This document shows, piece by piece, positions 47,352 through 55,325 of a DNA stretch of 57,950 nucleotides. The translations under genes were made by a program, and so were the position numbers. The number at the start of each line of letters is the position of its first letter. Position 1 is the stretch's first letter. The notes below the pieces were generated by a model. That model was not told the DNA's origin. It did no database searches and saw only the letters and a program-made list of their open reading frames with translations. The stretch is from positions 1 to 57,950 of IMG/VR virus record IMGVR_UViG_3300029787_000042. The stretch is one strand, 5' to 3'. This DNA is from a virus. Lineage: Duplodnaviria > Caudoviricetes.

Positions 47352-48356
47352 ATGGGATTTCAAAAAGTTGAGTATAGTTTTCCTGATGAAATTGAGGATA
47401 AGAAACCAGAAATTGAAGTAGAAAAATCTACTGCGGTAGAGATTGATTTATCTGGTAAACAACCTAAAGAAAAACTTGTCGAAAAAACACCTAAGGAAGA
47501 AGAGTTGGAAATTGAAGTTGTAGATGATACTCCGAAAGCAGATAGAAATCGTACACCTTCTAAACCTCCTGAAGATGTTACGGACGAAGAGTTAGAAGAT
47601 TATTCTGAAAAAGTTCAAAATCGTATTAAACATTTTAGCAAAGGTTATCACGATGAACGTAGGGCTAAAGAACAGGCTTTACGTGAACGACAAGAGCTAG
47701 AAAGTTTTGCTAAAAAGTTAGTTGATGAAAACAAAAACCTAAAAAGCAATGTAGAAAAAAATCAGGAAGCGTTGCTTGAACAAGCTAAGAAAAACTCAGC
47801 TATAGAAATGCTTTCTGCCAAACGTTCATACAAACAAGCGTATGAAGCTGGAGACGCAGATAAATTAATAGAGGCGCAAGAAAAACTAACTAATGCCAAA
47901 ATAAAAGCAGATAAGTTATCTAATTTTAAAGCTGAGCCTTTACAAGAAGAAAAGAATGAGGTACAAATACCTACACAAGAGTCCGCCCCCAAGACTGTTG
48001 TTGACTCTAGAGCCTCAGAATGGGCAGAAAATAACCCGTGGTTTGGTTCTGATAAAGAAATGACAGGTTTTGCTATGGGGCTGCATGAACGACTTGTTGA
48101 AGAGGGTGTAGACCCTGCTAGTGATGAATACTACGAGACTATTAATACTCGTATGCAGAAAGTGTTTCCCGAAAATTTCGGGGATGAGCCAGTAACAAAG
48201 ACGAAACGGCAAGCAAATGTGGTTGCACCCGCTACGCGGAGCACCTCACCTAAAAAGGTGAAATTAACGCAGACACAAGTAGCTATTGCTAAAAAACTTG
48301 GAGTTCCACTGGATTTATACGCCAAAAAGGTTGCTGAAGAGATGAGGAAAATATAA
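47352..48356 (+). CDS. Putative capsid scaffolding protein
   Basis: Start MGFQKV after AAGGAG; acidic N-terminus, coiled coil, WAENNPWFG, C-terminal IAKKLGVPLDLYAK. Confidence 0.7.
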   Translation: MGFQKVEYSFPDEIEDKKPEIEVEKSTAVEIDLSGKQPKEKLVEKTPKEEELEIEVVDDTPKADRNRTPSKPPEDVTDEELEDYSEKVQNRIKHFSKGYHDERRAKEQALRERQELESFAKKLVDENKNLKSNVEKNQEALLEQAKKNSAIEMLSAKRSYKQAYEAGDADKLIEAQEKLTNAKIKADKLSNFKAEPLQEEKNEVQIPTQESAPKTVVDSRASEWAENNPWFGSDKEMTGFAMGLHERLVEEGVDPASDEYYETINTRMQKVFPENFGDEPVTKTKRQANVVAPATRSTSPKKVKLTQTQVAIAKKLGVPLDLYAKKVAEEMRKI

Positions 48357-48805
48357 TGGCTGAGAACAGATTAAACCGTGAATTAGAAACCCGTGAAAAA
48401 ACAACGCGTAAACAAGCTTGGAGTAGACCAGAAGTATTACCTTCCCCTACACCTGAAGCTGGATACGCTTACCGTTGGATTCGAGTAGCTACACAAGGCA
48501 GTGTCGATGCCACTAATGTTTCTTCAAAGTTACGTGAAGGTTGGGAGCCTGTAAAAGCGTCAAACCACCCAGAAATTACTTTAGTTACAATTGAAAATGA
48601 TCGATTTAAAGATAATGTAATTATTGGTGGATTAATGTTATGTAAAGCTCCTAGCGAAATGGTTGACGAACGTACAGAATATTATGAGGGACAAGCTAAG
48701 TCTCAAATAGAATCTGTAGATAACAACCTTATGCGAGAGAGTGATGCTCGTATGCCGCTGTTTAATGAGCGGAAAACGAAAGTTACCTTTGGTAAAGGAA
48801 CTTAA
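48356..48805 (+). CDS. Conserved head-module protein
   Basis: YRWIR...NV..KLREGWEPV...GGLMLCK. Confidence 0.7.
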   Translation: MAENRLNRELETREKTTRKQAWSRPEVLPSPTPEAGYAYRWIRVATQGSVDATNVSSKLREGWEPVKASNHPEITLVTIENDRFKDNVIIGGLMLCKAPSEMVDERTEYYEGQAKSQIESVDNNLMRESDARMPLFNERKTKVTFGKGT

Positions 48806-48831
48806 TTTAATTTTTATAAAGGATAGATATT

Positions 48832-49446
48832 ATGGCTGCTACAGCTTCCCCATACGGGCTTGTTCCCGTACGTAAAGCTGACGGTACACCTTATGCAGGT
48901 GCCCGTGATGCTTTTCTTATTACTCCTGCTGGTGTAGCTCAGAACATTGGCTACGGTTCTATTGTTGAAATAAATGCAGGATATGTGCAACTCGCTTCTG
49001 GTACTGGCGCAGATGCAACTACTAACAATTTGGGGGGCAGCAGTATTGGCGCTCTAGGTGTGTTTGTTGGTTGTGAATACGTCAATTCTGAAGGGCAGTT
49101 GATTTTTGCTCAGTATTACCCTTCAGGCACTGCTAATGCTACTGCTTACGTGGTAACTGACCCCGGTGTAACCTTCCAAGTACAGGCTGATGGAGCTATT
49201 GCTCAGACTGCTTTGGGACATAACGCCCCTTTGACTGGCGCACAGCATGCAACTACTTCTGTAAATACGACTACTGGTAAGTCTAATGTTGCATTGGATG
49301 CTACTACTGCTACCGCTACTAAGGCGTTTAAAGTAATTGGTTTTGTAACCAAGACTGGTTCTGCCATTGGAGACGCTAAGACTGATGTTTTAGTTAAATT
49401 TAACCTACCGTACCATCAAATGGGTACCGGCATTGTAGGAGAATAA
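48832..49446 (+). CDS. Putative capsid decoration/cement protein
   Basis: PYGLVP, GVFVGCEY, VTDP...FQVQAD, TGKS; directly before the major capsid gene. Confidence 0.65.
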   Translation: MAATASPYGLVPVRKADGTPYAGARDAFLITPAGVAQNIGYGSIVEINAGYVQLASGTGADATTNNLGGSSIGALGVFVGCEYVNSEGQLIFAQYYPSGTANATAYVVTDPGVTFQVQADGAIAQTALGHNAPLTGAQHATTSVNTTTGKSNVALDATTATATKAFKVIGFVTKTGSAIGDAKTDVLVKFNLPYHQMGTGIVGE

Positions 49447-49450
49447 TTAT

Positions 49451-50356
49451 ATGGCTATTTCGAGAAGTCAATTACTTAAAGAGCTACTCCCCGGATTAAA
49501 CGCATTGTTTGGTTTGGAGTACGCTAAATATGGCGAAGAGCACAAAGAGATTTTCGAGACTGAAAGCTCTGACCGTTCTTTTGAAGAAGAAACTAAACTG
49601 TCTGGTTTTGGCTCTGCCCCAACCAAGTCAGAAGGTTCTGCAATTGAGTACGATAACGCGCAAGAAGCTTTCACTGCACGATACACGCATGAAACTGTTG
49701 CTATGGGTTTCGCAATTACTGAGGAAGCAATCGAAGATAATTTGTATGACTCCTTATCTGCTCGTTACACTAAAGCATTAGCTCGCGCTATGGCTTACAC
49801 CAAGCAAGTTAAAGCGGCTACAGTTCTAAATAATGCTTTTGCTACTACTACCTATGGAGACGGAAAAGTACTTTGTGCTACCGATCACCCTCTAGTTAGC
49901 GGCGGAACTAACTCAAACCGTCCAACGGTTGCATCTGACCTTAACGAAACTTCTTTAGAAGCTTCTGTTATTCAGATTGGCGCTTGGACTGATGAGCGTG
50001 GTTTGAAGATCGCTGCACAGCCTAAAAAACTCATTATCCCATCAAACTTGCAATTTGTTGCAACTCGTTTGCTTGAGACTGAGGGGCGTGTTGCCACTGC
50101 GGACAACGACATCAATGCTCTACGCAACAACGGCGCTATTCCACAAGGATATGCGATTAATCATTATCTAACCGATACTGATGCGTGGTTCTTGATGACT
50201 GACGTACCTAACGGCTTAAAGCACTTTACTCGTTCCCCAATGGCTACATCTATGGATGCAGACTTTGACACTGGTAACAGTCGTTATAAAGCTCGTGAGC
50301 GTTATTCATTTGGCGTTTCTGATCCACTGGGTATCTTCGGATCTCCGGGGGCGTAA
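49451..50356 (+). CDS. Major capsid protein
   Basis: MAISRSQLLKELLPGLNALFGLEY N-terminus, PKKLIIP, RERYSFG..DP.GIFGSPGA; AGGAG RBS; strong terminator follows. Confidence 0.92.
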   Translation: MAISRSQLLKELLPGLNALFGLEYAKYGEEHKEIFETESSDRSFEEETKLSGFGSAPTKSEGSAIEYDNAQEAFTARYTHETVAMGFAITEEAIEDNLYDSLSARYTKALARAMAYTKQVKAATVLNNAFATTTYGDGKVLCATDHPLVSGGTNSNRPTVASDLNETSLEASVIQIGAWTDERGLKIAAQPKKLIIPSNLQFVATRLLETEGRVATADNDINALRNNGAIPQGYAINHYLTDTDAWFLMTDVPNGLKHFTRSPMATSMDADFDTGNSRYKARERYSFGVSDPLGIFGSPGA

Positions 50357-50372
50357 GGTAACGTGTTTTACT

Positions 50373-50396
50373 AAGGGAGCTTCGGCTCCCTTTTTT
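50373..50396 (+). terminator. Rho-independent terminator
   Basis: GGGAGC-TTCG-GCTCCC followed by T6. Confidence 0.92.
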
Positions 50397-50400
50397 ATGT

Positions 50401-50430
50401 TTGACGTAAAGACAGATACTGTGATATGTT
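50401..50430 (+). promoter_or_regulatory. Possible sigma70 promoter after the capsid terminator
   Basis: TTGACG-N18-TATGTT with TGn extension. Confidence 0.35.
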
Positions 50431-50439
50431 CTTTTTATA

Positions 50440-50514
50440 TCGGGAAACAATCCGGTGAATCTGACAGGCCCGACTGACGACATGTAGACAGATTTGCTTT
50501 AACTCACATGTGAG
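50440..50514 (+). ncRNA. Candidate double-pseudoknot leader RNA
   Basis: Three interlocked helices: TCGGG/CCCGA, GGTGAATCTG/CAGATTTGCT, ACATGT/ACATGT. Confidence 0.5.
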
Positions 50515-50523
50515 AACTATATT

Positions 50524-51153
50524 ATGGCTAATACTACATTTAATGGAGCAGTACGCTCCGAAAACGGTTTCCAAGTAATTTCTAAAGCCGCTGATACTGG
50601 CGTGGAGACTACAAAATCAACTATTGACTCTAGCGGTAACTTTACTACTGATGGCGCAGTCGCTGACCATAAACAAGTAATTCGTCAAACAACCTACACT
50701 GACTGGAACGATGCTGCTCTTACACTTACTACTTCTGCAAACGGAGCAGTAATTTTATTTGATAAAGATGAGGCTACTACAGTCACACTACCAGCAGTTA
50801 CTGCTTCTGACATCGGTGTGCAATTTATTTTTGTTGAAACTGTGGCTTCTGACAACCTAAGGTCTGTTGTTACTGCTTATGACAATGATTATCTTGTTGG
50901 TGGTGTGCAACTAGGTACTACAGCCGCAGAAAATGGAGCTAAAGGTTTTATTCCAACAGGTGGAACTGACACAACTATTAAGTTTGATGATAATCTAGCT
51001 AACGGTGCAGGTTCTTTAGGCTCTACTGTAACTCTAACAGCCGTGCTTACAGGTAATACTGGCGCAGGTGGTGGAGCTAAGTTGGCTTGGTTAGTAACAG
51101 GTTCTATGGGTACAGCAGACGACAATTCTACTGGCGCAGCAATCTTTGCATAA
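50524..51153 (+). CDS. Putative virion structural protein (head fibre/decoration-like)
   Basis: MANTTFNGAVRSENGF N-terminus; T/G/A-rich beta region with VTLPA. Confidence 0.65.
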   Translation: MANTTFNGAVRSENGFQVISKAADTGVETTKSTIDSSGNFTTDGAVADHKQVIRQTTYTDWNDAALTLTTSANGAVILFDKDEATTVTLPAVTASDIGVQFIFVETVASDNLRSVVTAYDNDYLVGGVQLGTTAAENGAKGFIPTGGTDTTIKFDDNLANGAGSLGSTVTLTAVLTGNTGAGGGAKLAWLVTGSMGTADDNSTGAAIFA

Positions 51154-51165
51154 TAGGAGACTATC

Positions 51166-51462
51166 ATGGGATCATTTAGCTCCGATGTACAGGCTATAAC
51201 AAAAGCTGGAAACCAAACTGTAGTGTTGGGTGTAGGCCCCGCTCGTATACGTCAGATACAGATAGTTGGCGCTGCTAGCGGTACAGGAAGTCTTGTTGTT
51301 AAAGATGGCGCAGGTGGTTCTACTGTTCTTACTATGACAATTCCTACATCCGCAGCCACAGTGCATTCTATTAACATACCCGCAGATGGTATACGTTGTA
51401 CAGACGATCCACAGTTAGTTTTGGGTGATGGAATAACTCAAGTAACTGTGTTTTATGCGTAA
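51166..51462 (+). CDS. Small beta-rich virion protein
   Basis: AGGAG RBS; GPARIR...IPADGIR...VTVFY. Confidence 0.65.
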   Translation: MGSFSSDVQAITKAGNQTVVLGVGPARIRQIQIVGAASGTGSLVVKDGAGGSTVLTMTIPTSAATVHSINIPADGIRCTDDPQLVLGDGITQVTVFYA

Positions 51463-51757
51463 GTATTATAGAAAAGGTGGCGGAGTGGGCATGAAAGGTA
51501 TGTCCATTAAAAGTGGTGATAAGCGCCCCACTAAATCTGGCGCGGGTATGACCAAAAAAGGCGTAGCTAAGTATAGAAGGAACAACCCCGGATCTAAGTT
51601 ACAAACCGCGGTTACTGAAGACAAACCAACTGGCAAGCGAGCAAGTAGACGAAAGTCTTATTGCGCTCGTTCTGCTGGACAAATGAAAAAGTTTCCTAAA
51701 GCAGCTAAAAACCCTAATTCAAGGTTGCGGCAAGCTAGGAGACGGTGGAAATGCTAG
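51455..51757 (+). CDS. Small basic protein (DUF6321-like)
   Basis: GAGMTKKG, RRKSYCARSAG, PNSRL..ARRRWKC. Confidence 0.7.
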   Translation: MRKYYRKGGGVGMKGMSIKSGDKRPTKSGAGMTKKGVAKYRRNNPGSKLQTAVTEDKPTGKRASRRKSYCARSAGQMKKFPKAAKNPNSRLRQARRRWKC

Positions 51758-51766
51758 GAGAATATC

Positions 51767-52309
51767 GTGGCTAATAGTAGAAGTGCAATGTCAAAACAAG
51801 TGAGTACTGGTAAAAAATCAAAAGATTATTCAAAAATGACCCCTGAAGAACAGGCTAAATTTGAATTTGATATTATGACTCAAAACTTAAACCTCAGCCC
51901 TAAAGAAAAAGCGGCTAAAAAGAAACAGGAGCAAGAAATGAAAATGAAAGACAAAAAAATGCCCAAGGCTATGCCTAAGTATCAACGAGGGATGATGGTC
52001 GGAGGAAGAAAAGAGATTAGGGAAGCTGACGCACCAGAGTCTGGCCCTATTAGAGGTTTGGGAGTACCTCGAAGGAAAAACCCTAAAGGGCCAGCTCCTT
52101 ATGATGACTCTGGAATTGGATTAGGTACAGGGCCAAAGCCTCCAACGGGTGGCCCAATGCCCCCAAAGAAAAAACGCGCTCCTATGGGTAAAGGTAGAGG
52201 CCGAGGTAGCAAGATGCCTATGATGAAGCACGGCGGTAAAGTTCGCGGATGTGGTATAGCAAAACAAGGTGTCCGTAAGGCTAAAATGGTAACAATGAAG
52301 GGTTCATAA
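51767..52309 (+). CDS. Basic K/M/P/G-rich low-complexity protein
   Basis: GTG start with AGGAG RBS; C-terminal MKHGGKVRGCGIAKQG. Confidence 0.7.
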   Translation: MANSRSAMSKQVSTGKKSKDYSKMTPEEQAKFEFDIMTQNLNLSPKEKAAKKKQEQEMKMKDKKMPKAMPKYQRGMMVGGRKEIREADAPESGPIRGLGVPRRKNPKGPAPYDDSGIGLGTGPKPPTGGPMPPKKKRAPMGKGRGRGSKMPMMKHGGKVRGCGIAKQGVRKAKMVTMKGS

Positions 52310-52467
52310 TGCGTAGGTATTATAAATCTGGCGGAAAAATATGTGCTAAAGGTAAGGCTTGGGCTAAACGAACTTTTGATACATATCCTTCTGCATATGC
52401 AAACATGGCGGCTTCAAAATACTGTAAAGATCCTAATTATGCAAAGGGATCAAAAGGTAAGAAGTAA
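52309..52467 (+). CDS. Small basic protein (52 aa, not in ORF track)
   Basis: Hand translation MRRYYKSGGKICAKGKAWAKRTFDTYPSAYANMAASKYCKDPNYAKGSKGKK; TAATG-coupled on both sides. Confidence 0.8.
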   Translation: MRRYYKSGGKICAKGKAWAKRTFDTYPSAYANMAASKYCKDPNYAKGSKGKK

Positions 52468-52796
52468 TGGGCGACCTTAAAAAATGGGTAGACCAAGACT
52501 GGGTTAGAATCGGTACAGACGGTAATATTAAAGGTAAGTGTGGTACGTCTAAAGATAAAAAAAACCCAGACAGATGTTTACCTAGAAGTAAAGCACAATC
52601 GCTTAGTAAAGGTGAAAGAGCGTCTACAGCCAAAAAAAAGAAACGCGCAGGAGCAAAAGGAAAAACGGTAGTAAAAAATACAAAACCCGCTACTGTCAAA
52701 TTGCGCGAAGGTGGGCTTGCTAGAGGCAAACGGTCTATTGCTAAAGGGTGTGGACAAGTAATGAGCAATAGACGTAAAAAAACACTTTATGTTTAA
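52467..52796 (+). CDS. Small basic protein (DUF5872-like)
   Basis: GDLKKWVDQDWV...CG...RCLPRSKA..LS..ER. Confidence 0.7.
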   Translation: MGDLKKWVDQDWVRIGTDGNIKGKCGTSKDKKNPDRCLPRSKAQSLSKGERASTAKKKKRAGAKGKTVVKNTKPATVKLREGGLARGKRSIAKGCGQVMSNRRKKTLYV

Positions 52797-52806
52797 GGTA
52801 TAAACA

Positions 52807-52980
52807 ATGCGTAAAAAATACGGTAAGACTAAAGAAATAACTAAACGGCAGAAAGAAACACTTAAAAAACATTCTGTACGTCATAGCAAAAAACATATGT
52901 CTAAAATGAAAAAAGCTATGCAATTAGGAAAGACTTTTAATCAAGCCCACAAAGACGCTATGAAAAAAGTAGGTAAATAA
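52807..52980 (+). CDS. Small K/H/M-rich basic protein (57 aa, not in ORF track)
   Basis: Hand translation MRKKYGKTKEITKRQKETLKKHSVRHSKKHMSKMKKAMQLGKTFNQAHKDAMKKVGK; AAGG RBS; TAATG coupling to the next gene. Confidence 0.75.
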   Translation: MRKKYGKTKEITKRQKETLKKHSVRHSKKHMSKMKKAMQLGKTFNQAHKDAMKKVGK

Positions 52981-53669
52981 TGACTACATCAGGTACTACT
53001 GCATTTAACATGGAGTTTACAGAAATTGCTGAAGAGGCATTTGAACGCGCAGGGCGTGAAATGCGTTCAGGGTATGATCTAAGAACTGCTAGAAGGTCTA
53101 TGAATTTGTTAACTATAGAGTGGCAAAATCGTGGAATTAATATGTGGACTATAGATAATGGAACTGTAGATCTTGTAAAAGGCCAAACTACTGCTTATGA
53201 CCTTCCTACAGATACAGTGGATTTGTTAGAACACCAAATACGAACTAATCAAGGCAATACAGCTACTCAGTCTGATCTTACTATAAGTCGTATAAGTGTA
53301 AGTACATACGCTTCAATTCCTAACAAGTTAACACAAGGTAGACCAATTCAAATTTATATAGAGAGGCTTCGTGATCGTCCTAAGTTTCATGTATGGCCTT
53401 TACCAGACAATAATGACTACAAACTATATTATTGGAGAATGAGGCGTATTGAAGATGCCGGTAGTGGTGTGCAAACCGCAGACATGAATTTTAGGTTTTT
53501 TCCTTGTTTAGTAGCAGGGTTAGCTTACTATATATCTCTTAAACTGCCTGAAGCTGTAGAGCGCGTACCTATGCTAAAAGCAATGTATGAAGAACAATTT
53601 GAATTAGCCGCAGCGGAAGACAGAGAAAAAACTTCTGCTAGGTTTGTACCTCGTATGAGTTATCAATAA
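52980..53669 (+). CDS. Putative head-tail adaptor
   Basis: EIAEEAFERAG, TARRSMNLL..EWQNRG, GRP, VWPLPD, CLVAGLAYY. Confidence 0.7.
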   Translation: MTTSGTTAFNMEFTEIAEEAFERAGREMRSGYDLRTARRSMNLLTIEWQNRGINMWTIDNGTVDLVKGQTTAYDLPTDTVDLLEHQIRTNQGNTATQSDLTISRISVSTYASIPNKLTQGRPIQIYIERLRDRPKFHVWPLPDNNDYKLYYWRMRRIEDAGSGVQTADMNFRFFPCLVAGLAYYISLKLPEAVERVPMLKAMYEEQFELAAAEDREKTSARFVPRMSYQ

Positions 53670-54034
53670 TGAGTAACAGATTTGCTTCTAATAAAATAGC
53701 CATAGCTGAATGTGATATTTGTGGATTTCAGTACAAATTACGAGAATTACGTAATTTAATTGTTAAAGATAGAGATACAAACTTAAAAGCGTGTATTGAA
53801 TGTTGGGAGCCTGACCACCCCCAATTAAAGTTAGGAGAATTTCCAGTAGATGATCCGCAAGCAATACGTGATCCTAGACCAGACCGAAGTTTAGGAGCAT
53901 CGGGAGATAATAGTAGTAGAGACATATATTGGGGTTGGAACCCTGTTGGTGGGGGCGCAAATCCTTATAATTTAACACCTAACCCTCTTCAAGCTGTTGG
54001 AGCTGTAGGGGACGTAACTGTAACAACTTCATAA
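53669..54034 (+). CDS. Zn-ribbon-like protein
   Basis: CDICG...CIEC; HPQL, DPQAIRDPRPD. Confidence 0.7.
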   Translation: MSNRFASNKIAIAECDICGFQYKLRELRNLIVKDRDTNLKACIECWEPDHPQLKLGEFPVDDPQAIRDPRPDRSLGASGDNSSRDIYWGWNPVGGGANPYNLTPNPLQAVGAVGDVTVTTS

Positions 54035-54045
54035 GGAAGAACAAT

Positions 54046-54234
54046 ATGGCACTTAAAGGTAAACAATATAAGCTAGATAAAAATAAAGACGGTAAAATTT
54101 CTGGTGAGGATTTTAAAAAAATGTCTAAATACAAAAACGGTGGCCCAGTTAAAGCGGCTACTAACCGTAAAGTTAAAATGCGTGGCGTTGGAGCAGCAAC
54201 TAAAGGTATTTTTTCTAGAGGGCCAATGGGCTAA
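54046..54234 (+). CDS. Small basic protein with EF-hand-like loop
   Basis: DKNKDGKISGED; YKNGGPV; MRGVGAATKG; AAGGA RBS. Confidence 0.7.
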   Translation: MALKGKQYKLDKNKDGKISGEDFKKMSKYKNGGPVKAATNRKVKMRGVGAATKGIFSRGPMG

Positions 54235-54237
54235 CGT

Positions 54238-54870
54238 ATGAATTACACTGAGTTAAAAACTAACATTCAAGATATTTGTGAGACTAGTTTTACAAACGAC
54301 CAGCTTGCTATGTTTACTCAACAGGCGGAACAAAAAATATATAGCGGTGTGCAACTACCCGCACTTCGTAAAGTAGATGAAGGGCCAGTGGTTCAAACAA
54401 ATAAGTTATATACTTTACCTAGCGATTATTTGTATACATACAGCCTAGCTATTATAAGTAGTAGTACTTATACCTATTTACTAAACAAAGATGTTAATTT
54501 TTTACGCGAAGCATACCCAATCAATACCAATGCTCATTACGGAACACCCAAATTTTATGCTTATTATAGTGATACTAAATTAGAATTTGCTCCAACACCC
54601 GATGCTAATTATGAAATAGAACATGTTTACGGATATTATCCTACATCTATAGTTACAGCTAGCACTACTTGGTTAGGCACAAACTTTGACTCTGCGCTAT
54701 TAAATGGGGCGTTAGTAGAAGCTATAAGATTTATGAAAGGTGAGCCAGATATAATAGCTAACTACGAAAAAATGTATGCTTTATCTATGGGACTACTTAA
54801 AAATATGGGTGATGGCAAACTACGAGAAGATGTGTATCGTTCTGGACAATACAGAGTTTCTCCAACATAA
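54238..54870 (+). CDS. Putative second adaptor/tail-assembly protein
   Basis: MNYTELKTNIQD, QAEQKI, GTPKFYA, APTPD, TTWL..N...ALLNGAL. Confidence 0.65.
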   Translation: MNYTELKTNIQDICETSFTNDQLAMFTQQAEQKIYSGVQLPALRKVDEGPVVQTNKLYTLPSDYLYTYSLAIISSSTYTYLLNKDVNFLREAYPINTNAHYGTPKFYAYYSDTKLEFAPTPDANYEIEHVYGYYPTSIVTASTTWLGTNFDSALLNGALVEAIRFMKGEPDIIANYEKMYALSMGLLKNMGDGKLREDVYRSGQYRVSPT

Positions 54871-54880
54871 GGCAGTATAG

Positions 54881-55315
54881 ATGGCATTAACGCAAACATT
54901 ATGTACTTCGTTTAAAGTATCCCTTTTTGATGGGGAAATGGACTTTAGTGCTGATACAAATAATGTATTTAAAATAGCTTTGTTTACTTCTACCGCGTCT
55001 CTAGACGCTACCACCACTGCATATTCCAGTGCTAATGAGGTTTCGGGTACAGGGTATACAGCAGGTGGAAAAACACTTAGTATAGATACTAACCCTACAT
55101 CTACAGACACAACAGCGTATATAGGGTTTTCAACAGTATCATGGCCTAGTTCAACTATAACTGCGCGAGGCGCGTTAATATATAGGTCATCAGGTACTGG
55201 TAATAATGCTGTGGCAGTATTAGATTTTGGGGTCGATAAACAAACTAATAATAGTACTTTTACAATAACTTTTCCTACGGCGGATAAAAATACCGCTATT
55301 ATACGGATAGCTTGA
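54881..55315 (+). CDS. Virion structural protein (tail-associated)
   Basis: CTSFK, FKIALFTS, NEVSGTGYTAGG, TARGALIY, VLDFG..K. Confidence 0.7.
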   Translation: MALTQTLCTSFKVSLFDGEMDFSADTNNVFKIALFTSTASLDATTTAYSSANEVSGTGYTAGGKTLSIDTNPTSTDTTAYIGFSTVSWPSSTITARGALIYRSSGTGNNAVAVLDFGVDKQTNNSTFTITFPTADKNTAIIRIA

Positions 55316-55325
55316 GGTTAATTAA

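Noticed and set aside
50474-50516. CUGACGA as a hammerhead ribozyme core
   Set aside because: The following stem is not closed by the required GAAA, and I could not identify stem III with an NUH site
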